Source: a virus (Duplodnaviria > Caudoviricetes). Taken from it: a stretch of DNA of 54,647 nucleotides. The translations under genes were made by a program, and so were the position numbers. This document shows positions 19,801 to 29,313 of the stretch, piece after piece (the stretch's first letter is position 1; each line of letters starts with the position of its first letter). The notes beneath the pieces were generated by a model. It was not told the DNA's origin and made no database searches. It was given only the letters and a program-made list of their open reading frames with translations. The DNA lies in IMG/VR virus record IMGVR_UViG_3300048589_001642, positions 1 through 54,647 of that record. One strand, given 5' to 3'.

Positions 19801-20945
19801 GAGGCCACTCCGCGCTTGAATCCCGACGAGGCGCTGATGCGATTGAGCCCGGCCTCCAGGTCGTCGGCGAGGCGGGCGACGGCGGGGGCCGCGGCGTCGC
19901 CGATCGCGAGCCCGAAGTTCTCCGCGCTGATCTTCGCCCGCTCGAACGACCGGCCGGCCGAGCGCTCGATCTGCGCGAGCGCCTTGTCGGTGACCCCCGC
20001 GGCCTTGCCCTGGTTGACGAGCTCATCGGAGAAGAGCCCCGCGCCCTTGCCCGTGAGGGTGAGAATCGCGTTGAGGCCCTCGACGTTCCCGACGAGGCGC
20101 TGCAGCTTGATCGACGACCCGCCCGAGGCGTCGCGGACGAGCTCCAGGGTCTTCTTGAGGCCGAGGCCCTTGAGCGCCGCCTGCCCGCTCGCGAATCCGG
20201 CCTTCTCGAAGACCGGCGTGATCGTCTTCTCGGCGATCTTCGACGGGGCGATGATCGACTGAATCGCCTGTCGGAGCTGCGTCGTCGCAACCGAGGCCGG
20301 AACGCCTCCGGCCGTGAGGGTCGCGATCGCCGCGCCGACCGTCTGGAGGTCCACGCCCGCGGAGGCGGCGATCGGGGCGACGTTGAAGAGCGACGAGGCG
20401 AGCTCGTCGAAGGTGACCTTACCGGCGTTGACCGTCTGGAAGAGGGAGTCGGAGACCTTCGCGGCGTCCGACGCCTTGAGCCCATAGGCGTTGATGACGG
20501 TCGTGATCCCGTCGACCGCCGTGTTGAGCTCCGTGACGCCGGCCGTCGCGGCTTTCGAGGAGACCCGGAGGAACTCGATCGCGTTGCCGCGCGGGACCCC
20601 GGCCCCGAGCGCCTCGTAGAGCCCGCCGCTGATCTCCTCCTGCGCGATGCCGACCTCGCGCGAGAGGGCGGCGACCTCGCGGGAGAACGACCCGAACGTC
20701 CTCTCGGCCTCGCCTCCGACCTGACCGAGCAGGCCGACCGACTCACGGAGGGACTTCTGGAGCGATCCGGCCGCGCCGATCTGCTGAGAGATCGTGCGGA
20801 CGAGGCCGCCCGCGACGAGCGCCCCGCCGGCGACCTTCGCGATCCGCCCGAGGGACGATCCGACCGAGCCGCGCAGCTCGGAGTCGAAGCCCCGGGAGTC
20901 GGGGCGGATCCGGACACTCGCCTCGCCGACGATGTTCGAGCTCAT
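16860..20945 (-). CDS. Tape measure protein (TP901-like core)
   Basis: 1361 aa, Ala-rich; VGEASVRIRPD N-terminus; INAYG...SDSLFQTVNAGKVTFDELA. Confidence 0.95.
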   Translation of the reverse strand: MSSNIVGEASVRIRPDSRGFDSELRGSVGSSLGRIAKVAGGALVAGGLVRTISQQIGAAGSLQKSLRESVGLLGQVGGEAERTFGSFSREVAALSREVGIAQEEISGGLYEALGAGVPRGNAIEFLRVSSKAATAGVTELNTAVDGITTVINAYGLKASDAAKVSDSLFQTVNAGKVTFDELASSLFNVAPIAASAGVDLQTVGAAIATLTAGGVPASVATTQLRQAIQSIIAPSKIAEKTITPVFEKAGFASGQAALKGLGLKKTLELVRDASGGSSIKLQRLVGNVEGLNAILTLTGKGAGLFSDELVNQGKAAGVTDKALAQIERSAGRSFERAKISAENFGLAIGDAAAPAVARLADDLEAGLNRISASSGFKRGVASIADDIAGAVTDPATIASVRAFGQTAGDVFGAVQASASATSPAVREVAQAFGALAASPLGPGLLLTALAYGTVGRAAGSALPRITAFAAAQKAQAATTAATIAANRAASVSAIGLVGPSTAAGAAAVRTGASLSRAAGAARGLGAGLVGLAGGPASAAILAASALAAGAFILTSRESNAEQAIRETSEAMRDQATAADVATAALERQRGALTGVINARVGIDDARGAVQGARGEFARVQAAPAGDFGGEAGKADALAAAKNRLAQAENNLNLARREGSVQARNALTAAQTEQAASGRALAAAQARIAVTGNLNRSQVQAAIATNIGRAGALNYAQALSGQARAQAAASTRLQQSATVARQSAQAVDTTTAAGKKLASQLKTEARESTTAAAAARANGIATAQRAIKIDQAIASSSRATGAEKRAATERIKAAEGLIGRLRAAGLRSGQAQANGFVAGLRSRDGQIRAQGAKGGESAAKGTESAAPLMEAGGETAGTGLGTGIVRGIDAQLPAIVAAGERAGAAGAAAVKRGAQVESPSKLTTETGKQIGRGLQVGMAAEQGKTDKSGAALAAAAIRGAARVGVVNAKTQGKLAAKAFGDGFRVTGPTIRATISTAISSALRESVLTARSNLSGFASQLADLASQAIDAAAPSFRPQESALASRSAALDSAGAVDQERQLRNAVSLAEAGREQAQKRFAALSAAAARRTPEQNARLSPLQRERERIRLEDARIAAEDPARAQRLELERFLLGQDQARLSEEQRVAAEVTEAKRTALQQQLADLAANLNAGRIKIGEFNAGVAATLAANGVNIAAVGAQLGTAYVDAFNLALGQTRAQAGAVGRAPKLPKGFIPGIENPQQAAIAEAITTRNVLRSSFASELERVRQSQAAQRQKLEETFRKESSAGGTRIVASEQRQLTARAKEHTESLKELRALQRAFTNAPPQTVVESIVVAAPGVDPQVLGDSIARALTNRTARAARR

Positions 20946-21193
20946 CGGCGGGCCCCGCGATCGGATGGTTCCGGGTCGGGGTCGGCGCTCCCGCCGGTCG
21001 GGTTCGAGGCCCGGCGCCGGGTGCCGGAGATCCGGCGGGTCGAGCGCGGGCCGCGGCGCTGCCAGGCCGAGACGAGCACGCGGCGACGGCGGCCGCGGCG
21101 CACGGCGAGGACGAGACGGGTCGAGCCCGCTCCCCCGCTCGCGCGCAGGCCGCGCAGGAAGTCGCCCGGGCTCGTCATCGGCCCGCCGCTCAC
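20942..21193 (-). CDS. Possible small basic protein
   Basis: Coupled at both ends, but its Arg-rich composition is typical of shadow ORFs. Confidence 0.3.
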   Translation of the reverse strand: MSGGPMTSPGDFLRGLRASGGAGSTRLVLAVRRGRRRRVLVSAWQRRGPRSTRRISGTRRRASNPTGGSADPDPEPSDRGARR

Positions 21194-21785
21194 GGGATCT
21201 GCCCCGTCATCATCGCGCGCATCATGGCGCCGACGTTCTCGCCCGCCGTCTCGGGGACGGGCGGCCGGGCCGACGCTCCGGGCTCGGCGGACGGGAGCGT
21301 GAAGATCCGTTCCAGCTCACGCACGCCGGTCTCGTCGAGCCCGATGGTCAGGTCGGCCCACACGACCGCTAGGAGTCGCCCGAGGTCGCCGGAGAGGGGA
21401 CCGAGGCCAGGGCCGCCGGCGAGGACGAGCCGCGCGTCGAGGTCGAGCCATCGCTCCGGATCCCAAATCCAGAGGAATAGGGCGACGGCCCGAGCGTAGG
21501 GCGTCTCGTGTAGTGCTCGATCACCTCGTCGTACAGGTCGAGCAGCACGCCCTGCGGGTTCGAGTCCCAGAGCGCCGAGAAGCGCTGACGATCGCCCGGG
21601 TCGGGCATGAGCTCGCAGATCGTCTTGATGACGCGCTCGAGCGCCTCGGTGTTCGTCTCCGGCCTCGACGACTCCTCGACCTTGGCGGCCATCCAGCGCG
21701 CGCCCACGGTCGGCTGCATCGTGAAGGTCTCGCCGCAGGCGTGGAGCGGGATCCCTGCGATCGGGCTGTACTGATCGGTCGTCAT
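21190..21785 (-). CDS. Tail assembly chaperones (short form 21369..21785; long form via -1 frameshift)
   Basis: CGC CCT AC (RPT) at 21496-21503; the -1 frame reads PYARAVALFLWIWDPERWLDL... to TGA 21190 with no obvious start of its own. Confidence 0.75.
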
Positions 21786-21817
21786 CGGTGCGGTCCTTTC
21801 GGGAGTCATCGGGAGGG

Positions 21818-22123
21818 TCATGCGGCCGCCGCGAGGGCGGGTACGAGGAACGGGCGGGCGCTCATGTAGCGGGTCCCCAACTCGACATAGACGCCGTAGA
21901 AGACGTTCGTGCCGACCTCGGCGTAGATCCCGCCGCCGTCGAAGGCGATGCGCCAGGTGACCGAGGAGCGAAGGCGCCCGGTGTCCACGGCGCAGAGGAC
22001 CTGCGCCCTGCTGCTGACGCGGATCGCCCGGCGAGCGAGGTCGCGCGCGACCGGGCCGCTCGGGCTGTTGATGAGCGCCGAGATCGCGCCGGGGTAGAGG
22101 CGGAGCGAGAATCCGGTCGCCAC
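21818..22123 (-). CDS. HK97 gp10-family head-tail protein
   Basis: VDTGRLRSS, VGTNVFYGVYVELGT, ARPFLVPAL. Confidence 0.9.
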   Translation of the reverse strand: MATGFSLRLYPGAISALINSPSGPVARDLARRAIRVSSRAQVLCAVDTGRLRSSVTWRIAFDGGGIYAEVGTNVFYGVYVELGTRYMSARPFLVPALAAAA

Positions 22124-22124
22124 G

Positions 22125-22667
22125 TCACGAGCCCGCGGCGCCGAGGTCGGGGTCCGGGTCGAGCTGGACGGCGACCTGCACGAACCATCCCGCGCACCCG
22201 CCCTGCTCCTCGACGGGCGTCAGGGGGCCGACCGTGATGGCGCGCTTCGGCATCCCCTCGCCGAAGAGCTCCGATCCCGCCCGGTTGTTGAGGCCGCACC
22301 ACATCGTCCACCCGTGAGAGTACAACGCGACGGCCGACCTGTTGATCGCGTCGGCGCTCGGAGGATTGCCCCGGTCGTCCACGCTCGGGACGCATCCGGT
22401 GATCTGGACGCGCAGCTCGACGAAGGTCATCCCGTGGCACGCGACGCCCTGCGCGATCCGGCCCTGATCGCCCGTGCGCTCCTCGTACCCCGTGACGACG
22501 TGGACCGCGAGCTGATCGCAGCAGTCGAGGGCGGGCGTCCCGACCGTGATGATCCGTCGGTCGGGAGCGCCCGGGACGCCGTTGCCGGGGTCGGCCGCCG
22601 AGTCGAGGATCTCGGCGGACTGGACGAGCAGCTCGGAGGCGAGCTCCAGGAGGTCGAGCGCCGGCAC
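22125..22667 (-). CDS. Tail terminator-like protein; ends in GS
   Basis: DCCDQLAV, CVP, QGGCAG; position. Confidence 0.6.
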   Translation of the reverse strand: MPALDLLELASELLVQSAEILDSAADPGNGVPGAPDRRIITVGTPALDCCDQLAVHVVTGYEERTGDQGRIAQGVACHGMTFVELRVQITGCVPSVDDRGNPPSADAINRSAVALYSHGWTMWCGLNNRAGSELFGEGMPKRAITVGPLTPVEEQGGCAGWFVQVAVQLDPDPDLGAAGS

Positions 22668-22949
22668 CTAGCCCTCGGCGCGCAGCGCGTCGAGCGCGGC
22701 CTGCGCGTCCTCCTTGCCCTTGACCTTGTCGTCGAGTCCCGGGATCGCGTAGTAGCCGCCGCCGACGTGGTACTCGCTCACGTCCGCCGCGAGCGCTGCG
22801 GGGGCCTCTGCGCCCTCGCCCTCGCCGGATGACGTCTCGGCCGCCGGGTCCGGCGCGGTCGCCTCGGGCGGCTCTACCACGGCGGGAGCGGCATCCTCGT
22901 CGCCGGTCCAGTAGTAGGCGGGGTCGAGCAGCGGGTTCCGTGCGGTCAT
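22668..22949 (-). CDS. Small virion protein
   Basis: HVGGGYY...KVKGKEDA motif; ATGA coupling. Confidence 0.65.
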   Translation of the reverse strand: MTARNPLLDPAYYWTGDEDAAPAVVEPPEATAPDPAAETSSGEGEGAEAPAALAADVSEYHVGGGYYAIPGLDDKVKGKEDAQAALDALRAEG

Positions 22950-23998
22950 GGTCCCTCCTCGGGAGCGGGCTCGGTGGAGACGACGAGCGGGTAGGGGGCG
23001 GAGTCGGGCGAGGCGATCGCGGCGCGGCGGCGGGTGGTCGGCAGGCTGCCGAGGAAGAGGTCCACCTCGGGAAGACCGAAGCCGCCCGAGCCGCCCTCGC
23101 CGTTGCGCGAGAGGTTCGTCGCGACCTGGACGCCCTGGCGGATAACGCGCTCGACGTTCTTCGGGAGCGAGCACGCCTGACCGGCGCACGCCTTCGCGAT
23201 CTCGCAGGCGAGCCGGGCGGCCGCGTGCTGGCCGGTGATCGGCGGGTCGAGGCCGTAGAGGTAGGAGACCTCGAAGGTCCCCTCCTCGGTCGCCTCCCGC
23301 TCGAGGTACTGACACGACGGCCAGACCTCGCCCTCGGTCGCGCGGACGAGATAGCGGCGCCCGAGAAGGGCGTACTCGGCCGGGTCGAGGATCACCCCGT
23401 CGAGGCGGACCTGCGTGATCTCCCGGATCGGGTAGCCGCCGAGGCGCACCCGGCCGAGCCGGCGGCATCCGGCGGGCCAGATGTCGGGGCCCCTCCAGAC
23501 CGGGCCGCAGGAGCGCGAGCGGGTCATCGGCCGGACGACCGCCGAGCAGGCTCCACCGAAGCGGCGGCCCGAGAGTCCGTAGAGGACCGTCGAGGCGACC
23601 TCGATCGCGTAGTCGAGGTCGGCGTCCTCGGCGAGGTCCGAGCAGCAGGCGGAGACGGCGTCGGCCGTCGTCCAGAGCGAGCAGGGGCCGCCGGGAGAGA
23701 GCGCGGGCGGCAGGGCCGGGCGGCCGTTGGCGGTGACCTCAAGGTCCTCGGAGGTGAAGGTCTCCGGCGAGACGACTCCCGTGTCCCATCCGATCGAGTA
23801 GCGGCCGATCGTCGTCGGGGCGTCGAGGAGCGCGACGTAGGAGCCCGAGCCCGCGACGAGCTCGGAGACGCCATCCGTCGTCGGGCCGTAGACCGTCGCC
23901 CCCTCGTTGTCGAGGACGCGGACCCGCACGGTCGCGAGGCCGGTCGGGTAGCCGAGGACGACCGGCTCGATCGCCTCTGCGGGGCGGGCGTAGATCAC
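22946..23998 (-). CDS. Head-to-tail adaptor with extra N-terminal beta domain
   Basis: ASTVLYGLSGRRF, LACEIAKAC, CSLP...RQGV, GLPEVDLFL. Confidence 0.75.
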   Translation of the reverse strand: MIYARPAEAIEPVVLGYPTGLATVRVRVLDNEGATVYGPTTDGVSELVAGSGSYVALLDAPTTIGRYSIGWDTGVVSPETFTSEDLEVTANGRPALPPALSPGGPCSLWTTADAVSACCSDLAEDADLDYAIEVASTVLYGLSGRRFGGACSAVVRPMTRSRSCGPVWRGPDIWPAGCRRLGRVRLGGYPIREITQVRLDGVILDPAEYALLGRRYLVRATEGEVWPSCQYLEREATEEGTFEVSYLYGLDPPITGQHAAARLACEIAKACAGQACSLPKNVERVIRQGVQVATNLSRNGEGGSGGFGLPEVDLFLGSLPTTRRRAAIASPDSAPYPLVVSTEPAPEEGP

Positions 23999-25128
23999 AG
24001 CGGAACTCCGTGTGCGGCGATGATCGAGGCGGCGACGTTCAGGCCGAAGCCGCGGACGAGGGTCGCGTGCGTGGTCGTGAGGTACTTGCGGTACTCGGTG
24101 TCGAAGCCGTAGTCCTCCTCGTAGAGGAAGGTCTCCAGGCGCCCGCCGATCTCGGGGACGTCGGCGACCCACGCGGCGAGGGGGATCGTCGGGAGGTCGA
24201 CCACGCGCTGGATCGACCCCGGCGTCCTCGACCCTCCCGTGTAGGCGAAGAGGTTCGTGTCGGGGTCGGAGATCGGGAGCGACTTGCGGGCGCAGGCGAT
24301 CGCCGCGTCGAGGAAGCGCGGGTCGCCCGAGGTGAGGTAGCCGACCGTCGCGAACCCGGACTGAGCCCAGGTATAGATGGCGTCGTAGCGGTTGGTCCCG
24401 CGGTGGTCGACGGCCGAGTTTGTGTCGGTGACCTCGGAGAAGTAGCCGACGGCCGGCTCGTCCTCGATGTAGCCGCACCCCCGCCAAAGACTCGGGTTGC
24501 CGACGGCCGTGGTCGGGTCGTAGGTGAACTCCCAGAGGTCATCGACATGGCCGACGCGCGTCGGGTCGAAGTCGCTCATCCTCGCCCCGAGCTGATAGGC
24601 GACGAGCTTGTAGATCATGAAGTTGCCGTTCGTGTAGTACGTCCGCTCGTTGCGGCCCGAGGCGTAGTCGAGCGCCGCGAGGATCTGCGTCGCCCATCGC
24701 TTCGTCCCGTTGAGGCAGGCGACGACGATCGCGATGTTCGAGAGAGCCATGAAGGTCGTCTCGCCCGAGTCGCCCGCGACGTTGGCAGCCGACGAGCGGA
24801 AGAGGCCCCCGGTGACGGGGTCCTGGAAGTCCTTGAAGTAGCGGTCGGTCGAGCGGATCGCCATGTCGCGGTAGCGGCGCCGGAAGACCGGATCGCGTGG
24901 GCGCTTGAAGCGGTACATCGTGGCGGCGAGCGCCGAGAGGCCCGGCTTCCAGTCGGTCCGGCCCGCCGCCCCGCCGGCCTCGGTCGCGTTCCACTCCCAA
25001 GTATCCGTCGCGAGGTTGTAATACTCCTCGGTGGACCCGGGCGTCCCGCCGTACCACGCCTCGATGATGTCCTCGCCGAGGTCCATGAGGAGGGCGAGAT
25101 CCTGCGTCGAGGGGCGGACGACCCCCAT
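23995..25128 (-). CDS. Possible alpha/alpha-barrel glycoside-hydrolase-like protein
   Basis: Aromatic-rich helical pattern (YFKDFQDPVTGG, YLTSGDPRFLDAA). Confidence 0.45.
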   Translation of the reverse strand: MGVVRPSTQDLALLMDLGEDIIEAWYGGTPGSTEEYYNLATDTWEWNATEAGGAAGRTDWKPGLSALAATMYRFKRPRDPVFRRRYRDMAIRSTDRYFKDFQDPVTGGLFRSSAANVAGDSGETTFMALSNIAIVVACLNGTKRWATQILAALDYASGRNERTYYTNGNFMIYKLVAYQLGARMSDFDPTRVGHVDDLWEFTYDPTTAVGNPSLWRGCGYIEDEPAVGYFSEVTDTNSAVDHRGTNRYDAIYTWAQSGFATVGYLTSGDPRFLDAAIACARKSLPISDPDTNLFAYTGGSRTPGSIQRVVDLPTIPLAAWVADVPEIGGRLETFLYEEDYGFDTEYRKYLTTTHATLVRGFGLNVAASIIAAHGVPL

Positions 25129-26381
25129 CAGGAGATCCGCCCGACGATGAGGGTCGCCGCGTTGAGGTTCGCGAGGGACCCATCCGCGATCGTCGAGGGC
25201 GCGGGGAAGGACGAGAGCGCGCGAGGAGTCGTCCGGGCCGCGGCGCCGAGCCCGCCGATCGAGAAGGGGAGCTGCGCGAGCGCGGCGTTCGCCATGTTCC
25301 CATTGACCCGCGCGACCGTGACGGTGTTGTTATCGGCGCCGAGACCGAGGTAGAGCACCTGCCCTCGCGTAACGGGAAGGTCCGGGTCGTAGACGATCTG
25401 CCAGGCGTTCGAGCCGGCCGCCGCGACCGCCCCGCTCGCCGAGATCCGGGTGAGGGGCGCCTGCGAGTCGTAGACGGAAATCTCGATGTTCCCCGAGGCG
25501 GTCCCGACGAAGACGGCCAGGTCGCGCAGGCGCCCCGACTTCGGGACGACCACCCGCACCATCCGCAACTCGTTTGCCGTCTGAGTATTAAGCGTCGAGC
25601 TGACGTTGAGCGGGTTGAAGGTCGCGACGACCGAGTCCGACCAAGGCATCGCGATACTCCCGGCGGAGGCGATCGCGTCGTCGGCGTAGATCGCAGCCGC
25701 GTCCTCGGCCGCGTCCGCCTTCGCCTGCGCGCCCGCGAGGGTCTCGAGGAGCGACGTATCGGCGATGCCGTGGATCGACGTCGTGTCCGCCGCGTGCGCG
25801 TCGAGCTCGGCCTGCGTCGCCATGTCGGCGGCGAAGCCGGGGTTCGGGTAGGTGCCCGAGAGGACGCCCCCCGCCGCGCCGGTCGGCGTGCGGGCGTTGG
25901 AGAGGCGCGAGTCGTTTCCCGCCGCGGCCTGCGTCGCCCCGGTCCCGAGCGTGCGCCGCGAGGCCGTCCCCGCCGCCGCGTCGGATGCGAGAGCGAGCTT
26001 CGACTCGGCGATCGCCGGGTCCGCGTTGATGTCGGCGTTAACGATGACGCCCGACGCGATATCGGGATTCGGGTAGGTCCCCGAGAGGTCCCCGCCCGCG
26101 GGCCCGGTCGGCTCTCCTCCCCCACCGCCCTCGGGCGCATCGACCCACCGGACCCCGGCCGTCGCCGTCGAGTCCGCCGCGAGGATCTGATCGTTCGTCC
26201 CGACGGGGACCCGCGCGATCGTGTCCGGCGCCGTCCCGACGAGGAGGTCGCCCTTGGCATCGACGATCGTGTCGGCGAGGAGCGCGGACGTGTCCGGGAT
26301 ACCGTGGACGTCCGTCGTGTCCTCGTTGTGCTCCTCGATCAGCTCGGCGGCGTTGTTGATCTGCGGTGCGATGGCGGTCAT
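25128..26381 (-). CDS. Fibre-like virion protein with internal repeats
   Basis: DTT..HGI.DTS twice; PTG.AGG.LSGTYPNP twice; AKGDLLVGT...RVPVGTNDQIL. Confidence 0.75.
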   Translation of the reverse strand: MTAIAPQINNAAELIEEHNEDTTDVHGIPDTSALLADTIVDAKGDLLVGTAPDTIARVPVGTNDQILAADSTATAGVRWVDAPEGGGGGEPTGPAGGDLSGTYPNPDIASGVIVNADINADPAIAESKLALASDAAAGTASRRTLGTGATQAAAGNDSRLSNARTPTGAAGGVLSGTYPNPGFAADMATQAELDAHAADTTSIHGIADTSLLETLAGAQAKADAAEDAAAIYADDAIASAGSIAMPWSDSVVATFNPLNVSSTLNTQTANELRMVRVVVPKSGRLRDLAVFVGTASGNIEISVYDSQAPLTRISASGAVAAAGSNAWQIVYDPDLPVTRGQVLYLGLGADNNTVTVARVNGNMANAALAQLPFSIGGLGAAARTTPRALSSFPAPSTIADGSLANLNAATLIVGRIS

Positions 26382-27400
26382 CGGGCGGCCTCCAGGGCTC
26401 CGGTCAGGGAGCCGGTCGATCGGCCGGCGAGGCGCAGCACAGCGGCCGCGGCCCGCTCGGCGGGGTCGTCGTAGGGGTAGAGCTCCGCGCTGATCTCGCG
26501 GCGACGGCGGGCGATGGCCGGGAGGTCGTCGAGGGCGACGGAGACCGCCGTCTCCAGGTCGCCCGGTCGATCGACCTGGACCCCGACGTCGGCGCAGTCC
26601 CAGAACCGGAGGCCGTGCTCGACGTCGCGGCGGAAGGCGGGAGCGTTGAGGACGACGACCGGGCCGCCGAACGCGGCGAACTCGTAGAGGGTGCTGCTCG
26701 CGTCGTTGACGTAGACCGCCGCCGTGTCGAGTACCTCGTCGAAGTGCTCGATGAACGGGACGCCCGCGGCGGCCGCGAGCGTGCGCGCCTCGCGCCGGAT
26801 GCGCGGGTGCGAGTGCATGGCGACCCGGAAGTGACGGGCGAGCGGGCGGATCGCCCGGCCGTAGTGCCCGATCGCCGTGGTCGCCTCGGGGATCCCGATG
26901 CCGGCCCTCCAATGGAAGGACACGACGACGAGATCGCCCCGGGGGCCGGCCTCCCGGAACCGGCCCCCGAGCTTGGGGGCGCCGACGACCTCGACCTCGG
27001 CGCCCGGATATGCGTCGCGCCAGAGCGCGGCGTGGCGGTCGTTGACGGCGAGGAAGAGCGAGACGCCCTCGAATCCCTCGCCGCCCGAGTAGCCCTTGCG
27101 GCGCGAGCCGTCGGCGTTGACGAACGACTGCCCGACCCCGTGCCCCTGGTAGGCGATCGGCCGCCGCGCTGCCCGGGCCCGCCGGAGATCCTGCGTCGCG
27201 GCGACGAGGACCGGGTCCGCGCTCTCGTCGAAGGGCGGCTGCCCGCCCTCGTAGGCCGTCGCCTCGACGCCGAGCGCGGTCGCGTGGTCGAGGAGCTTCG
27301 AGGGGACGAAGAACGACCCGCGGGCGTCGGCCGGCAGGGCGAGCCAGGTCGGGGCGAGGTGCTCGAGGTAGTGCTCGAGGCGGGCGGTCGCGTCGATCAT
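26378..27400 (-). CDS. GT-B-type glycosyl/glycerophospho-transferase
   Basis: HG, VVGAPK, HSHPR, DASSTLYEFAAFGGPVVVLN. Confidence 0.75.
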   Translation of the reverse strand: MIDATARLEHYLEHLAPTWLALPADARGSFFVPSKLLDHATALGVEATAYEGGQPPFDESADPVLVAATQDLRRARAARRPIAYQGHGVGQSFVNADGSRRKGYSGGEGFEGVSLFLAVNDRHAALWRDAYPGAEVEVVGAPKLGGRFREAGPRGDLVVVSFHWRAGIGIPEATTAIGHYGRAIRPLARHFRVAMHSHPRIRREARTLAAAAGVPFIEHFDEVLDTAAVYVNDASSTLYEFAAFGGPVVVLNAPAFRRDVEHGLRFWDCADVGVQVDRPGDLETAVSVALDDLPAIARRRREISAELYPYDDPAERAAAAVLRLAGRSTGSLTGALEAAR

Positions 27401-28083
27401 GCCGGGACCGCCGTCTCGGCCATGAGCTCGCGCATCGCGCCCGGGTCGGTCCGGGCCGCCTTGTACCGCGCCGCGAGCGCCCCGTTCTCCGGGCTCGCGC
27501 GGTGGTCGCCGTACTCGTCGAGCGCGGGCGGATGCCAGAGGTGGAAGAGCGGCGCGCGGGTCCGGCGCCATTCCATGCCGACGAGGCAGCGCAGGGCGTC
27601 GCGCCATGCCGGATCCTCGGCGCCCCATCCGACGAAGCGCGGGTCGGGCGGGACGGCGGCGAGGGTCGCGGCGGGGAGGACGACGATCCCGCCGCCGGCG
27701 ATCCCGCGATAGGGGCGCTTCGCGCAGGGCATCCGCTCGTCGGGCTCGGTCCCGCAGAGGACGTCGGTCGTCGCCTCGGTCGAGAGGCGATGCACGCGGT
27801 GATGGGGGACCGCCCACGGGTAGCCCGCGGCGACGGCCGCTACCGCCTCGGGAAGGCCGTCGCACCACACGTCGGCGTCGTGGACGATGACGATGTCGCC
27901 GGTCGCGTGCGCCGTCCCCCGGATGATCGCGCGGGACTTGCTCCAGGGCTCGGCCTCGGGCGTGTCGGAGAGGGCGATCGACCATCCCGGGCAGCGCTCG
28001 ACGATCCGGCGCGAGAGCCAGACGAAGGCGCGGGTCCGGTCGGGGTCGCCGCCCTGCCAGGGGATGATGATGCTCACGCTCAC
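27397..28083 (-). CDS. GT-A glycosyltransferase (galactosyltransferase-like)
   Basis: SIIIPW, HDAD (DxD), DPRFVGWGAED, HLWH. Confidence 0.9.
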   Translation of the reverse strand: MSVSIIIPWQGGDPDRTRAFVWLSRRIVERCPGWSIALSDTPEAEPWSKSRAIIRGTAHATGDIVIVHDADVWCDGLPEAVAAVAAGYPWAVPHHRVHRLSTEATTDVLCGTEPDERMPCAKRPYRGIAGGGIVVLPAATLAAVPPDPRFVGWGAEDPAWRDALRCLVGMEWRRTRAPLFHLWHPPALDEYGDHRASPENGALAARYKAARTDPGAMRELMAETAVPA

Positions 28084-28733
28084 CCGGCCCACAGCGCCTC
28101 CCGGGATCGGAAGAGGGCGCGGCCGGCCTCGCGGGTCGCGCGGCCGATGCGATAGGTCGCGTCCTCGGGGGCGCGGCCGAAGGACGGGTGGAGGTGCTCG
28201 ACGACGGCGTCGGTCGCGAATGCGATCGCGCCCCGGGCACGCGCGGTCGCGACGAGCTCGTCGTCGGTCCACTCGTGCGGGTAGCCCTCGTGCATCAGCT
28301 TCCCGGAGTCCGGCTCGTCGATCGTCCCGAGGGCGAGGTAGCGGCGGTCGACGAGGAAGTGCGTCGCGTGGCGGCCCTCGCGGACCCGGCGCGTCCCGAG
28401 GTCGTTGACCCCGACGACCTGGACCGGACCGACCATCAGCGCGCGGGCCGCCACGAGCCATCCCGGCCGGAAGGCGAGGTCGTCGGCGCCGGTGAAGATG
28501 AGCGGCTCCGAGGTGCATCGGATCCCGGCGTTGATCTTCGCCGCGTAGCTGCCGCCGTGGACGATGAGCCCGGCGCCCGCGCGCATGACCGCCGCGATCT
28601 GCTCCTCGTCGCCCGGGTCGGCGATGAAGACGACCCGATGCGGGGCCGGGGTCGCGGAGGAGATCGAGGCGAGGAGCGGCTCGACGCGGTGGGGCCGGCC
28701 GAGGACCGGGACGATGACGACGAGGCGGCTCAC
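28080..28733 (-). CDS. GT2-family glycosyltransferase
   Basis: VIVPVLGRP, KINAG, GADD, HEWTDDEL, VEHLHP. Confidence 0.9.
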   Translation of the reverse strand: MSRLVVIVPVLGRPHRVEPLLASISSATPAPHRVVFIADPGDEEQIAAVMRAGAGLIVHGGSYAAKINAGIRCTSEPLIFTGADDLAFRPGWLVAARALMVGPVQVVGVNDLGTRRVREGRHATHFLVDRRYLALGTIDEPDSGKLMHEGYPHEWTDDELVATARARGAIAFATDAVVEHLHPSFGRAPEDATYRIGRATREAGRALFRSREALWAG

Positions 28734-29227
28734 GGCCGGACCGCGAGCGCCTGCGTGTCGGCGCCCTGCTCGCGCGCCTCGACGACCGCGAGGCCGGCGC
28801 CGCGCATGACGTCGGCCAGGCGCAGGGCGGAGACGTTGAGGTAGTGCTCTCCCTCGTAGAGCTTCCACCCGCCGTCGATCGCCGAGTGCGGCCGGCGGCC
28901 GGGGCCGGCGCAGGTCACGATGAGGACGCCGCCGGGGGCGAGCCAGTCGGCGACGCGGCGGACCATGCCGGGCCACTCGGCCATGTGCTCGAAGACCTCG
29001 CAGCACACGACGAGGTCGGGCGGGCTCTCGGGCTCGTACTCGCGGGCGTCGCCGATCCAGTCCACGCCGGGCCCGGGGAAGAGGTCGAGGCCGACGTAGC
29101 GGTCGACCGCGGGGAAGAGGTCACGGATCGTGCCGTTGATGTCGCGCGATCCGATCTCGACGACCGAGCCGGGCGGGACGAGCGCGGCGACCTTCTCTGC
29201 GACGAACTGGTGCGCTGCCGTGTGCAT
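28730..29227 (-). CDS. Class I SAM-dependent methyltransferase
   Basis: VVEIGSRDING, YVGLD...GPGVD, DLVVCCEVFEH, LAPGG. Confidence 0.9.
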   Translation of the reverse strand: MHTAAHQFVAEKVAALVPPGSVVEIGSRDINGTIRDLFPAVDRYVGLDLFPGPGVDWIGDAREYEPESPPDLVVCCEVFEHMAEWPGMVRRVADWLAPGGVLIVTCAGPGRRPHSAIDGGWKLYEGEHYLNVSALRLADVMRGAGLAVVEAREQGADTQALAVRP

Positions 29228-29313
29228 CGGGAGAGGCGGGCTCCTGCTCGCGTCGGACGGGGAGCCCCGGCGCCGCCCCGGGGGCGGGGACGACGCCGGG
29301 GTGATCGGTGGGA

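Noticed and set aside
21496-21503. Programmed frameshift as a novelty
   Set aside because: Standard tail-chaperone feature of long-tailed phages
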